From: Amoebophrya sp. A120
Taxonomy: Eukaryota; Protista; Dinoflagellata
DNA: 64,000 nucleotides
Direction: 5' to 3'
NCBI GenBank assembly: GCA_905178155.1
Contig: CAJINV010000011.1
Span: 134,154 to 198,153, forward strand
Shown: one piece after another, positions 26,101 to 37,850 of the stretch
Numbering within the stretch: the first letter of the stretch is position 1
How the letters are laid out: each line of letters opens with the position of its first letter
Notes under the pieces: generated by a model
The model's input: only the letters and a program-made list of their open reading frames with translations
Told to the model about the DNA's origin: nothing
Databases searched by the model: none
Position numbers and translations under genes: made by a program

Positions 26101-29100
26101 GGGACGCGCCCGAAGCTGGACCCTAGGCCATGACGCGGGGACCGAGTCCCCGCGCTGACCTAGGGCTTTTGCATTGCTTGCCCGTGGGCCGTGCGGCTAG
26201 TTTCCGGGAAGAGCCCATAGCTGGCCCCTAGGTCATGACGCGGGGACCGAGTCCCCGCGCTGACCTAGGGCTTTTGCATTGCATGCAATGCTTGCCCGTG
26301 GGCCGTGCGGCTAGTTTCCGGGAGGAGCCCATAGCTGGCCCCTAGGTCATGACGCGGGGACCGAGTCCCCGCGCTGCCCTAGGGCTTTTGCCCCTGGGCC
26401 GTGCGGTTAGTTTCCGGCCGGGAAGCGCCCAAAGCTGGCCACGAGGTCATGACGCGGGAACCGAGTCCCCGCGCTGGCCTAGGGCTTTTGCGCCTTGGCC
26501 ATGCGGTTAGTTTCCGGGAAGCGCCCAAAGCTGGCCCCTAGGTTATGGCGCGGGGACCGAGTCCCCGCGCTCACCTAGAGCTTCTGCCCCTGGGCCGTGC
26601 GGTTAGCTCCCGGGGCGCGCCCAAAGCTGGCCCCTAGGTCATGACGTGGGGACCGAGTCCCCGCGCTGACCTAGGGCTTTTGCCCCTGGGCCGTGCGGTT
26701 AGTTTGCGGGAAGCGCCCAAAGCTGGCCCCTAGGTCATGACGCGGGGACCGAGTCCCCGCGCTGCCCTAGGGCTTTTGTCCCTGGGCCGCGCGGTTAGTT
26801 CCCGGGGAGCGCCAAGAGCTTGCCCGTAGCTCATGACGCGGGGACCGAGTCCCCGCGCTGACCTAGGGCTTTCGCGCCTCGGCCGCGCAGTTAGTTTCCG
26901 GGGAGCGCCCAAAGCCGGCCCCTAGGTCATGACGCGGGGACCGAGTCCCCGCGCTGACCTAGGGTTTTTGCCTTGCCCGTGGGCCGTGCGGCTAGTTTCC
27001 GGGAAGAGCCCATGGCTGGCCCCTAGGTCATGACGCGGGAGCCGAGTCTCCGCGCTGACCTAGGGCTTTTGCCCCTGGGCCGTGCGGTTAGTTTCCGGGA
27101 AGCGCCCAAAGCTGGCCCCTAGGTCATGACGCGGGGACCGAGTCCCCGCGCTGACCTAGGACTTTTGCCCCTGGGCCGTGCGGTTAGTTTCCGGCAAGCG
27201 CCCAAAGCTGGCCCCTAGGTCATGACGCGGGGGCCGAGTCCCCGCGCTGACCTAGGGCCTTTACCCCTGGGCCGTGCTGTTAGTTTCCGGGAAGCGCCCA
27301 AAGCTGGCCCCTAGGTCATGACGTGGGGACCGAGTCCCCGCGCTGACCTAGGGTTATTGCATTGACCGTGGGCCGCGCGGCTAGTTTCCGGGAAGAGCCC
27401 ATAGCTGGCCCCTAGGTCATGTCGCGGGGACCGAGTCCCCGCGCTGACCTCGGGCTTTTGCCCCTGGGCCGTGCGGTTAGTTTCCGGGAAGCGCCCAAAG
27501 CTGGCCCCTAGGTCATGATGCGGGGACCGAGTCCCCTTGCTGACCTAGGGCTTTTGCCCCTGGGTCGTGCGGTTAGTTTCCGGCAAGCGCCCAAAGCAGC
27601 TGGCCCCTAAGGTCATGACGCGGGGACCGAGTCCCCGCGCCGGCCTAGCGCCTTTACCCCTGGGCCGTGCGGCTAGTTTCCGGGGAGCGCCCATAGCTGG
27701 CCCCTAGGTCATGGCGCGGGGACCGAGTCCCCGCGCTGACCTAGGGCTTTTGCCCCTGTGCCGCGCGGTTAGTTTCCGGAAAGCGCCCAAAGCTGGCCCC
27801 TAGGTCATGGCGCGGGGACCGAGTCCCCGCGCTGACCTAGGGCTTTTGCCGGCCCCTGGGCCGTGCGGTTAGTTTCCGGCAAGCGCCCAAAGCTGGCCCC
27901 TAGGTCATGACGCGGGGACCGAGTCCCCGCACTGACCTAGGGCCTTTGCCCCTGGGCCGTGCGGTTAGTTTCCGGGAAGCGCCCGAAGCTGGCCCCTAGG
28001 TCATGACGCGGGGACCGGGTCCCCGCGCTGACCTAGGGCTTTTGCTCCTCGGCCGTGCGGCTAGTTTCCGGGAAGCGCCCAAAGCCGGCCCCCAGGTCAT
28101 GGCGCGGGGACCGAGTCCCCGCGCTGGCCTAGGGCTTTCTTGCCCCTGGGCCGCGCTGTTAGTTTCCGGCCGGGAAGCGCCCAAAGCTGACCCCTAGGCC
28201 ATGACGCGGGGACCGAGTCCCCGCGCTGACCTAGAGCTTTTGCCCCTGGGCCGCACGGTGTCCGGGAAGCGCCCAAAGGAAGCTGGCCCCCAGGTCATGA
28301 CGCGGGGGCTGGGTCCCCGCGCTGACCGAGGGCGCCTTTCGCCCCTGGGCCTTGCCCACGGGGCCCGGGAAGCTCGACAGGCTGGCGGCTCGCGTGACAA
28401 ACTGGAGTCCGGCATTGCGCATCTCGCGTGGCGAGGTCCCAAAGTGTGTCCGGGGTGTGGCCGAAAGTCTGCCCGGGGTGTGTCGGAAAGTCTGCCCGGG
28501 GTGTGTCCGGGGTGTGTCTGGGGTATGTTCGGACTTTTTGCCTGGGGTGTGTTCGGGGGTCTGTCTGGGGTATGTCTGGGGTGTGTCTGGGGTGTGTCTG
28601 GGGTGTGTCTGGGGTATGTTTATACCCCACCTGTTGCTTTTTCGCCAAAAATTTGTATTCAGGTCGTGACTGACTACCATTTGCATACCCCTGACACACC
28701 CCCGAACATACCCCCGAACATACCCCTCGCATGCATTTTTGACCAGCTGCTGCAGTTTAGATAGTAATTCCCCATTTGCGACGTAGCAAGGAGCGAGCAG
28801 CTTAGGGCGCTCCTCATGCAACACAAATGATTGCCGATAATTCTAATTCCAGAATCCGCATCACAAGTTGCAACCTTCCCGACACAGGTATATGTGCAAT
28901 GCGTATTGTCAGGCAGTGGTCGATTTCGCTTTCATCCTCCTGCGACTCTGGGGTCCAGAAAACCTCGGTGGTCCTCTGGATGCCGCCGGCCTCTGCGGGG
29001 GCGACAAAGGTATCCAATGCAAATGTATCTGAGTGGTCTGGAAAACTAGTGCAAAAATCTCTGTTGCATAAACTACAACCAAAAGTCGTCCACTTTTGGC

Positions 29101-32100
29101 CAAGTTTAGCGGCAGTTTCTCATGCAAGGGAGGCATGGGAGATGAGATCCAGGTCTCACAGAATCTGTCATGCTGGGTCCTGTATGCCAAACCTCACCAC
29201 GCGCAATGAAATACTAAAACCTGCAAGACAAGAAGTCTTGCAACCTTCCAGACACAGACACTATATTTGCATTTGATAGAAGGCCAGGGTCAACAGCTTG
29301 TAGTGGTCGGCGAACGTCGTGCTCCAACCATTTTGGATGTCGTAGCACACGACGCAAATGAGCAGCTCGGAAGACCGCGGCGTCGCGTGTGACGAGGGGA
29401 TGCTGGTGGAAGAGCTCATAATGCTGCTGCCCGCCGAAGATGAACCTGTTTTGATTTTTTTGGTGGGTGGCTGTCAGAAAGCACATCTTGGTCGGGCACA
29501 CGGTCTTCATGCAGAACAGCAACTTGTCCTTTTCGTGCAAATTCATGTGCAACAACTACACTGCCATTCCCATCGCTACTCTTGCGCGCAAAAAAATCGA
29601 AAACAGAGAAGTTCATCATCGTAAATAATATAATACTTGCTGCTCCTTCTACACCGCTGGAGCTGCCTCCGCCTATTTTATTATCGGGTTTCGCCGCAGT
29701 GGTCATTCGTACGCGTGACTCCCGCACGGCGGCCACGGATCGGAGTCCTGGTCGATAATAAGTCTTTATGCATTGCAAATATGTCTGAGTCTGCAAGAAT
29801 GCCAATGTTTGTCTATGCATTTTCTAAATCACACAGATAGTCCTTAATGCTCGGAACAACATCTTCACAGGTTTTGTGCAGGCCGTTTGATGCCTGTTCC
29901 GCATGAGAAATGCCCTACTGCTGGCGTAGACGTATTATTTAAAGATGGGCAGCTCATGCAAGAGCAAGACCAATGTTTGTGTGATCCGGTAGACTATGCA
30001 TCACAAGTTGGACGAACTCTTCGTCCAGACCCAGACATGTTTGCATTTGATAGTCTCACTCGGTAGGCCCGACGTCCTGTTGGATACAAAGCGAGCGGCT
30101 CGTTTGCCCTGCGCGATCGGCATCCACTCTTGAACGTCCAAGAGATGGTCGCTTTTTGCTGGGGAGAGCCATGTTGTCTGCACCAGCCGCAGTGGCGGTA
30201 CCGGAGTAGTTGCTCCATATTGGAGCGCCATCTTTTCAGGCTTGGGTGGGCCGCTCCGAGTCGGAAAAAAAATATGATTTCGAGACGACGCCGCACAACA
30301 TCACAAGGATGGAAGAAGAAGAACAAATAACATCCTCAAATTTTGAGGTTTTTCTGAAAAAGCTTCCTGTCGTACATCTACTATATCTCCTCTTCCTTCT
30401 GGTTTTACATTTGGCTGTTTTTCATCGATCGCTCGTGCCACAGACTGCAATATCTAGCGAGGGACACTAAGGACAAAGCTAACTTTGGAGACCATCTACT
30501 TGTGCGGAAAAAAAAATTGAGGTATTTTTGACAGATTTGCAATTTGGATTCCCAGCAACCCCCAACGCAAGATTGCCGTGTTGCGAGTATCCGGGAAAAA
30601 AAAAACAGCGTCCAATGCATCAAGATCATCCGACAGGCGTATTGGATCACACAAACGTACAGCCTGGCAGACTGGCCGGTGACCACAAATGTTCGGTGGC
30701 AGTGGCCGGCGACCACAAGTCTCCGCTGGCAGTTGCCGGCGAACACAAGTCTCCGTTATGTGAGGACTCTATGTGAAGAGATTCTAGTGCAGCTTCCCTG
30801 TTCTCTGTACTGATTTCTGTTCTGGATTAGACACTGGAGGTTAACTTGAGTACAACTCTGTTCTGTTTTCTGTTACCACGACGACCACTTCCGCACAGCG
30901 ACCGGGCGCTTGCAGTGGTGGCATTGCTGTTTATTTAATCCCTTCCTGTAAAGGAAATGGAAAAGGTTGTGACAACATCATTTTCTAACGCGCTACCTAG
31001 TAGTTCAACATCAATAAGATATTCGATCCGCCGGCTCGGCTTCGCTCCGAACGGAGGTCGGACATTAGAAGAAGAATAAGAGATGAGACTGTTCCCTTTT
31101 TGCTTTCGACCCTAACTGCTTCGAACAGAGAGGGCAACCGCGTTTTTGTAAATGATCCACAGTTCCTCGCAATAGTTTGCTAAACGAAAAATTTTTTACA
31201 ATGGACACATGAAAATCACCATTTGATTGGACGGAGCAAAATTTCCATTTGAGAAACAGAAACATTTAGTTAGTTAGTATTCCCACAGAAAACGTCACAA
31301 TCACCATCAGCAGAACCACCAGACGAAGGCAATGTATCACATGCAAATATGTCTGGGTCTCCTGGAAGAATGCAGATGTTTGCCATGCTGTTTTTGCGTG
31401 ACACGGTCATGGAAGGCCTGTCATGGAAGCCCTCGCACAACAGGTTTAGAGCAATGCCTGGTCTGCATGACAAATCTTCTATTTCGGCGACAGGAGATGA
31501 GCAACTTTTGCTGCCTATGAATAAGACCTCTGTGTATGTTGATGTCAATCATCACGAAATACAAGTTTGCCTTCCATCTCCAGATACCCAGACATTTTTG
31601 CAGTGGATACGATGTCTCTTGTACCGAAACCCGCGGCGGCGGCGAGTAGTTGGAAAAGTCCTCTCTTATCAGACGGAAAAGCACACCACCTACTGAGCAA
31701 ACAAAAGCAATGTAGCAAGATTCTCCCTGGTGTTCTCATTGGCATTGCATCGGCTCATGCTCGTGTCAGAAGAAGTGAAGTTTATATAGAAATGTGGACT
31801 TTGGTGTTGGTCATCTCATGCAGCAGCGAAAACCTTTGCTCGTTTAGTTGGACAGGCACAGAAGCAAGCCGGCCCAGAGTAGATTGCACGACATAGATCA
31901 ATAATCAGTGTTCCAGTATGCTTAGAGGAGTTTGTTTTTCCGGATAAGCTTCCGGGCAAATTGCGGACCCATGCAGGCAAAGCCCGTGTGCATCCCGGAT
32001 CTCTCACATAGGCCGTGAAAGATGTCGTCGCGGGGGGAAGTATGCATCGCAAAACCGTCTGAATCTGGAAGGGCGCACAGGTACATTTCAACATCAAGGA

Positions 32101-35100
32101 GCATTTTCAGTTTTTTACTCCTATTTGTACGCAAAGAAAATATCAATATGTCATGCACACGGCAGATGGATGCACGTGCACCCAACGGGTGAACGAATGT
32201 ACATGTTATGTAATGCAACAATCCAAAAGATTATACAATACTTAATGATCATTCTATCAACATCGCATGAATAGCTGGCATGACAAGTCTTACGTCTCGT
32301 GCCAGGTAGTTGGAAGCATGAACATGATGCTGTGGTCTGAAAAACAAAAAATATCATTCCTGAGTTACTAATCTTTTTATCTCGTTTCCATTCTCATACA
32401 CATACAGGTACTTAAAGTCAGCATTACAAATCCAGATCCACGACCATAAATTTTTGCAGTGCATAATAGGAATCGAATGAGTCTTTCGCCCGGAGACTCT
32501 TCAACAGGTCCTTGAGTTCCTTCATCAGTTGCTCCTTCGTCTTCGTATCCATTAGAAAAATGTCTGCGTCTAAAACATTGCTGGAATATTAAGTGTAATC
32601 CAAGATGCACAGCAGCTTGCATACTTACTCGCGAGGTTTGTCATGCATGTTGGGGAGCAGTTGCAGTGCTGCTCGTTTGTCATGCAAAGACGCCAGTTTT
32701 ATTTCGCACTCGGTGTGGCCTTCTTGCCGCTTCACGCAAAAGCAAACAGCCGCTTCACTGCAAAATTACGCTTTTCATTCGAACAAGCGGCACACTTTGC
32801 CTCCACCCATGCATGCGGCCACATATGGCTGTAATGTCTTCACAACATCACAGACAAAGACATTTTTTCAACGAGTACTTCGCCGGGCCGCGGCTCTCCA
32901 TCCTATACAAAAACGTCCCCGTCCCAGAGTCAAGACGGGGATCTCGCACGACAAATTGAAAAGTTTTGGGAGTCAAGCATGACATAAACACACTGTGCTA
33001 CAACTGCATGACAAGTTCGTCCCTGTATTGTAGTGCAGTTTCGCAAGTACAGTCGCAACACAAATCTATCTGCATCTGCTCATCCTGTTTACTACAGCAT
33101 TACAAAATACAAAAGACGATTGGAAATTAATGCCTCTCATGGGGATGCACATTGGCATTACAAATCTTCCACTTACTGCAAATCTGCATGACAACTACGG
33201 TGTGGGGACATTTTTACTCAGGATACTCTCCACCCGCAATTTCATGCGGTCCACCTGGCGCTCCATGTAGGGTATGCAGCGCAAATTCTTCTGGGTTTCC
33301 CAATTTGTAATGCTGGTTTGGGAATGGCGGATACATTGGTTGCAATAACAATATTACGAAGCCATAGCCAAGCATGACAATTCGTTGAGCTGCTATGTGT
33401 TTTAGTTTTCTGCATCTTCAGCTGCGCTTTTGTAGCATGACAGAAAATAAGCTCTCTTCTTGCTCATGCATCACAGGATTGGGAGTCATGCGAGACAAGC
33501 ATGACAAGCTTACATTGTTCCTGACCCCGACATATTTGCAATGCATATGGACCTTGGCGAGTCGGTAGTCCTTGCGGAGAAAGTGCTCCAGGCCGACGAG
33601 AACGAACCGCTCCCACTCGCCGATTATCAAATGCAAAAATGTCTGGGTCTGGAACGCTGGAACTTGTCATCCTAATTCTGGATCGTGCAAAAAGCTGTGT
33701 TGCAGGATTACCAAAAGTAAAGCTGTCCACTTTTGACGAATTTGAGAGGCAATTTCTCATGCGGGTGAGGCATGATAGAGGTCGCACACAATCTGTCATG
33801 CTAGGTCATGTATGACAGACCTCGCGCGTCATGGAAAACCTGCATGACAAGTCTTGCAACCTTCCAGACCCAGACATTTTTGCATTTGATAGCGATGAAA
33901 TGCTTCTGGATTCTGGACGCGTATTCCCGCGGTACCCGCTTGTACGGAACGACCTTCGTGTCCAACTGCGTGACCCCCAAAGCCTCAAATGTAGTCTATG
34001 CAGTGCAAATATGTAGTCTGGGTCTCCTGGAGCTCTGTCCTGCTGAAACTCGTCGCATCATATCCGAGCAGGCGCTTGTACGGTCCGACAGCCTCAGAAG
34101 TTTTTTAGGCTTGTAGCAGCTTCGACCGTTTTTACTTACTTAGATGCATGACAAACTGACATAAATGCATCACAGAAATAGATCATCTTGAAGTCGTCCT
34201 TCAAATCCTGCACCACAAATGCAAATTCAGATCCAGGCATATTTGCCATGCACAAAATGCGCACTGGAATGTAATACGCCGGGTTGATGCGGTACTCCTT
34301 CATGTACTTGAATTATCAATCGCAAACACGTAATATGCGGGAAGTAGACCGTGGATGACGATGACTGCAAGGCGAGCATCAAAAATTCTTGGAACTCTCC
34401 TTCACGCGTAGTGCGACCACGCGTTTTTGAATGACGAAGGACAAAAATGCCTGTGCTTGTGTTGATAATGTAGTACAGGTTTTCGTTTTCGTTTCTAGAA
34501 ATGCACAAAAAGCTGCATGACAAGTTCCACTTCTCCATAAGCATTTGCGGTTGATATCAAGACCGTTTTCACCAAATCGTAGGCCAGGTAGTATTTGTAT
34601 GCACTGCAAAAAAAATCCCAGGGCCGCCCACATGAAGCATCAAATCAGTTGTACTACTTCATCTTCGCACGACAAGCCTTGAGGTTGTTCTTTGCCCGTC
34701 CCGAGAACTTCAATTTTGCACTGTACTTCTTTCATCATGTTGTGTTGCAAAATCGTGCACCGATGCAGCTTGTCATTACATTTGGAATGGCAGGGCTACT
34801 GCATGAACATTTTGACTGGCCCTGGGATGATAGTTTCAGTTGATATTCCGCACCAGTTCTCCACCTTGCCGTCATACATGTCCTTGAAGCGGTCCCCTTG
34901 GAGCTTTTTGATGATGTCCTGGAAATATGCAATGCAAAACAAGAAATATCTTCGTCCTAGTTCTTTAAGTTGCACCACAAGTAGCTTTATTGTTATTCTC
35001 AAGTTGAAATAAAGTGGATTTTGTATTGCTGATTTTTCGCGGCCTAAACCTAGGAGGAGATGATGAAATCTCAATCTGTCATGCAAGTCTGTACTTGATA

Positions 35101-35400
35101 CAACGACAAACGCGATACTTACTTTTTCTTTTGCAGTGCATAGGGAACACTTCTTGATGTCCTCTTCATCCGGGTCAGCTGGGGGTTCTATCCAACGCAA
35201 ATATGTCACTTGTCTGGGAACTTGTATTGCTGAGATGTGAATCTGAATCGTGAATGCAAATGCTCTCGAACGCACAGCCAAGCATGAGAAATATATTTGC
35301 GCGGCTTCGTGTTGCCTTTCCCGTATGAAACACTGCGTTCTTTTTGCGTGACAAGCCAAAGAGTCTCTTCTTGGACACGCATAGCAAACTCTTCAATCAT
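11115..35400 (-). CDS. Highly fragmented host gene, hypothetical protein; terminal exon 11115-11454, next exon 28911-29010, many short exons from 29.3 to 35.4 kb
   Basis: ...QEDESEIDHCLT|ILPYGLDFCGTLQPRLQERLQRS...LPGPG* reads in frame across 11455-28910. Upstream exons alternate with family A introns. The 5' end is uncertain, and 30.3-35.4 kb may belong to a separate gene. Confidence 0.55.
11807..11870. repeat. Perfect 22-bp-arm hairpin in the left subterminal region
   Basis: GCTATTCCGCATGGTATGGTGG ... CCACCATACCATGCGGAATAGC. Confidence 0.9.
11908..12385. repeat. Tandem duplication of a ~239-bp unit in the left subterminal region of the transposon
   Basis: Two similar copies offset by 239 bp, each starting GTCGGGTTCGAAACCCG and ending TGTCTCAGTCCCTTTTCACC. 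Confidence 0.9.
13476..18267 (+). CDS. hAT-like DDE transposase with a long C-terminal extension; about 7-8 exons
   Basis: Motifs in the expected order: YFND (D at 13665), SPVTDSGG (D at 14031), RCKVHQ (CxxH, 14127-14138), CPVWTRWLT (14612-14620), STKNCEKR (E at 15579). Introns at approx. 14232-14341, 14769-14921, 15179-15281, 15645-15814 (direct repeat GGAG), 16538-16643 and 16963-17138 (direct repeat CGATGTA) join ORFs 13431, 14207, 14831, 15372, 15883, 16529 and 17086. Confidence 0.7.
16538..16643 (+). other. Short hairpin intron with a perfect 25-bp inverted repeat
   Basis: CGCAACAATCTTATCCTGCGAAGAA (16547-16571) / TTCTTCGCAGGATAAGATTGTTGCG (16611-16635). It lies exactly at the frame switch from ORF 15883 to ORF 16529. 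Confidence 0.8.
18380..18665. mobile_element. MITE-like or foldback segment inside the large transposon
   Basis: TTCCTCACAAAAAGTG ... CACTTTTTGTGAGGAA termini, with internal AAAAGTGATCACTTTT palindromes. No TSD identified. Confidence 0.55.
19940..23163 (+). CDS. Cargo gene, unknown protein of roughly 700 aa, about 11-12 exons
   Basis: ATG at 19940 (MANRLARHPTGEVAQE). Exons with strong C/G-ending codon bias lie within ORFs 20407, 20728, 21036, 21488, 21992 and 22825 and are separated by AT-rich introns. Ends ...AVAGGSDDEDE* at 23163. Confidence 0.75.
24082..25297. repeat. Right subterminal repeat region: GCGATGTGGA-type short repeats bracketed by an 18-bp inverted repeat
   Basis: TACTACATCACGCCAACA (24082-24099) / TGTTGGCGTGATGTAGTA (25280-25297). 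Many strand-biased (G)CGATGTGGA and GATGCGGA motifs lie between them. Confidence 0.75.
25718..28370. repeat. Tandem array of a ~98-bp GC-rich hairpin unit (~27 copies)
   Basis: Unit CTGGCCCCTAGGTCATGACGCGGGGACCGAGTCCCCGCGCTGACCTAGGGCTTTTGCCCCTGGGCCGTGCGGTTAGTTTCCGGGAAGCGCCCAAAG repeated with small variations. Confidence 0.97.
28444..28726. repeat. GGGGTGTGTCT-type minisatellite followed by a short inverted copy
   Basis: (CTGGGGTGTGT)n-like run at 28444-28620, then ACACCCCCGAACATACCCCCGAACATACCCC at ~28695-28726. Confidence 0.85.
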
Positions 35401-35460
35401 GCCAGACAGGCATGACAAACCTTACATCCTACTCGCAGACCCAGGCATATTTGCAATGAA
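29011..35460 (-). mobile_element. Cluster of family A introner-type introns
   Basis: Paired arms at approx. 29018/29245-29273, 29774/30025-30047, 31343/31580-31601, 33632/33862-33885, 34004/34228-34247 and 35196/35438-35456. Each encloses ~230-280 bp rich in GCATGACAA/TTGTCATGC. Confidence 0.75.
30672..30756. repeat. Three copies of a 30-bp minisatellite
   Basis: TGGCCGGCGACCACAAGTCTCCGCTGGCAG-like unit repeated three times. Confidence 0.8.
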
Positions 35461-37079
35461 TAGGGGGACAACAAATTCCTCCCCCGCAGAACAAAGCGAA
35501 GAATCCGGTATTATCGTAGTGAAAATTATTACCTCCCATTTTTTTCTTGTAGTTCCTCCGCTAAGTATCTCATGTCCATATGTCCACATTGCACTTCCTT
35601 CCGCATGACACACATCAAATCAGTCCACGAAAATCGGTCGTGCCACGTGCTGCAAATCGTGGGAGGTACTTTTTCACTACGTACGCTTCGCTCGCAGGTG
35701 GAGGCGCGTCCGTCGAACTGCTCGCTGACATAGTATTTTGTGCTTCAAAACGAAAACAAGATCGAGGCCACGTATTATCTAAGCCACGTATTAAATACTA
35801 TTTCAGAAGAGTGGTTTTTTTTTACTCAATTTTACGAGCAAGGAAGGCCAGGTTCCATCACAACTTCACTATATTCTGAAAAAAACATCCTTTCCACTGT
35901 TGGTAGCCAAGATCACAAGGGATCGACCACTTATATTTTTCTGTGCAAATTTCAACTTGTACAGCACTGGTTCCATTTTTGGTTTCCTCCTCCAATGAAA
36001 ATTCTGTATACAAAACTCGAAGGACACGCCAAAGAGTACTTAGACAGTAATATTTTCGAAGACACGACTCAGACGTACCCTCAGACAACCCTAATTGAAC
36101 TCTCGGCTTCGGCCTAGAAGCCTGCTTCGACGAGAAATTGATGCAATCGATACGACCCTATTTTGTCAACAGAAATGACCACGCGCAAGAGAAAAATTCT
36201 TCAGTCATCCGACCAGCGAAAGCACACTCACATTCTCAAAAACAATCTATCAACCCATAGCGATTGTTTATAATGGATCCCCTTTTGCAAAGGTATTTGT
36301 GACAAAATGTTTTTCCACGAAGAGTGAAAGTCACCGACACATGTTTCTTACGTCCCCATAGACACGAAGGATAGAGTGAACCGAGACACGCCTATGGCTT
36401 TTGTTCATTGTACCGAACAAATCAATAATCAAATCATTGACGGAATCTTGCATACAGCTACAACATTGTTTTCGCGTATAAGAAAACAAATCGCGGAAAG
36501 AGGAAAGACCATGGACATTTTTGTAGCCAACCGAAATTCCTGTGACTGAGAGCGAGCTTGTTAGGAAGAGCTGACCATGAATGCGAAAGACAAAATACAG
36601 CAGAAAAGACTTACGCGCCCCCCATACATAGTACACGAACAATAGTCTTCAAGTGCGCATTAGCTGCGTCGCCACGTGTCCACACACTAAAACGTGGCGC
36701 AGCACACGTAGTACCGAGAACAGGAGCACGCCCACCAATGGCAAGGACCGCGGCAAACTAGTTTTCGGGCTCGGCAGAGCCACGCTTGCGGGACCCGCAA
36801 AGCCGCGTTTCTTGTTGGATACGTTATTCAATCACTCATCTGTGCTAAAAAGTAAGATCAACGCACAAAGTTCATCCTAGAAGGTTGGAAAGCTGATTAG
36901 TCCAATAAGCTTGGGACGGACCAGCGCGCCTGTCGCTCGTAGCCAGGCCATTCGCGTTCAGTCATGCCATTTACGCGCTCAACCACTAGTAGGCAGCTTA
37001 TGCAGCTCAAACCTCCAGTGGCAGCAGTTCATAGCGGCCGCGGGCGCTGGCGGATCATCCAATGTGCGTCGCGGGTCGG

Positions 37080-37850
37080 GGTCCTGCAGAACATGCGGAA
37101 GCGGGTTCTGTTCGAGTGTATAATATTTTTGTGGAAAGCAAAGTACCAAAATAAAACAGGTGCTGGGCAGAGCAGGACGCTATGCCAAGCAAAATTCGCA
37201 TAGTTACAACTTTTTCAAGCATCAGCTCGCACGGTGTTGATATATTGCTAGAAGCTGTTTCAATAAACAATGAGAGGTAACAAGCTTAAGCGCCCGGCAC
37301 ACAGACATATAAATTGGGATGCTACGCGCGACCCCATCAAGCTTGAAGAGAATCCAGAAAAAGCGGGGGAGCTGCTAACACCGCTCCGGAGTGTTGCCAA
37401 CAGCTTTGCAGCCGTACAAATAGAATCCGGCTCGGGCCATTTTTTCTCTATCCTTATTGGCTTGGACTAGAAGGCGCCAGCGGCCAGAAGAGTCGCACGA
37501 TTCCGCGAGAAATCATCAAAGCAGCTTACTTTGCTCACGGGCGGAGACTCTGGTGGAGACGCTTGCGGAGACACTGGCGGAGACTCCAGCGTTTTGTTCG
37601 GATTCTGCCGAAGGTAGGCGGGCGGGTGCTGTTTGAGAATTATTTTTTTTTGGATAGTAAAGCACCAAAATGGCACTGGTGCTGGCCAGGACGCTACGCC
37701 GAGCAAAATTCGCACAGTTACGTACCTTTTGAAGAATCAGGCCCCACGGTGTACAAGATCGCTAAAGCTTTTCAATTGATCAAAGTTGTTTATAGGGGGC
37801 AATTCAACTGCTAGCGCCTGGCGAACAGGCATATCAACTGGAACATTCTG
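37080..37850 (+). repeat. Diverged ~520-bp-spaced duplication, possibly a decayed coding repeat
   Basis: CAGGACGCTATGCCAAGCAAAATTCGCATAGTTAC (~37173) vs CAGGACGCTACGCCGAGCAAAATTCGCACAGTTAC (~37687), with alignable flanks. Confidence 0.7.

Larger units (their letters stand above)
11455..28910 (-). other. 17.5-kb expanded family A intron hosting a transposon and a satellite
   Basis: Left arm TGCAAATATGTCTTGGTCTGGAAGG (11462-11486) and right arm CCTTCCCGACACAGGTATATGTGCA (28874-28898). Direct repeat ATTGTC at 11449-11454 and 28905-28910. I saw no other family A partner arm between them. Confidence 0.75.

Noticed and set aside
25718-28370. CRISPR-like or REP/BIME-like palindromic array
   Set aside because: There are no unique spacers because whole units repeat, no cas genes are present, and the context is eukaryotic.
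28444-28620. Telomeric repeat
   Set aside because: The unit is an irregular 11-12-mer (GGGGTGTGTCT), not TTTAGGG/TTAGGG, and it is interstitial.
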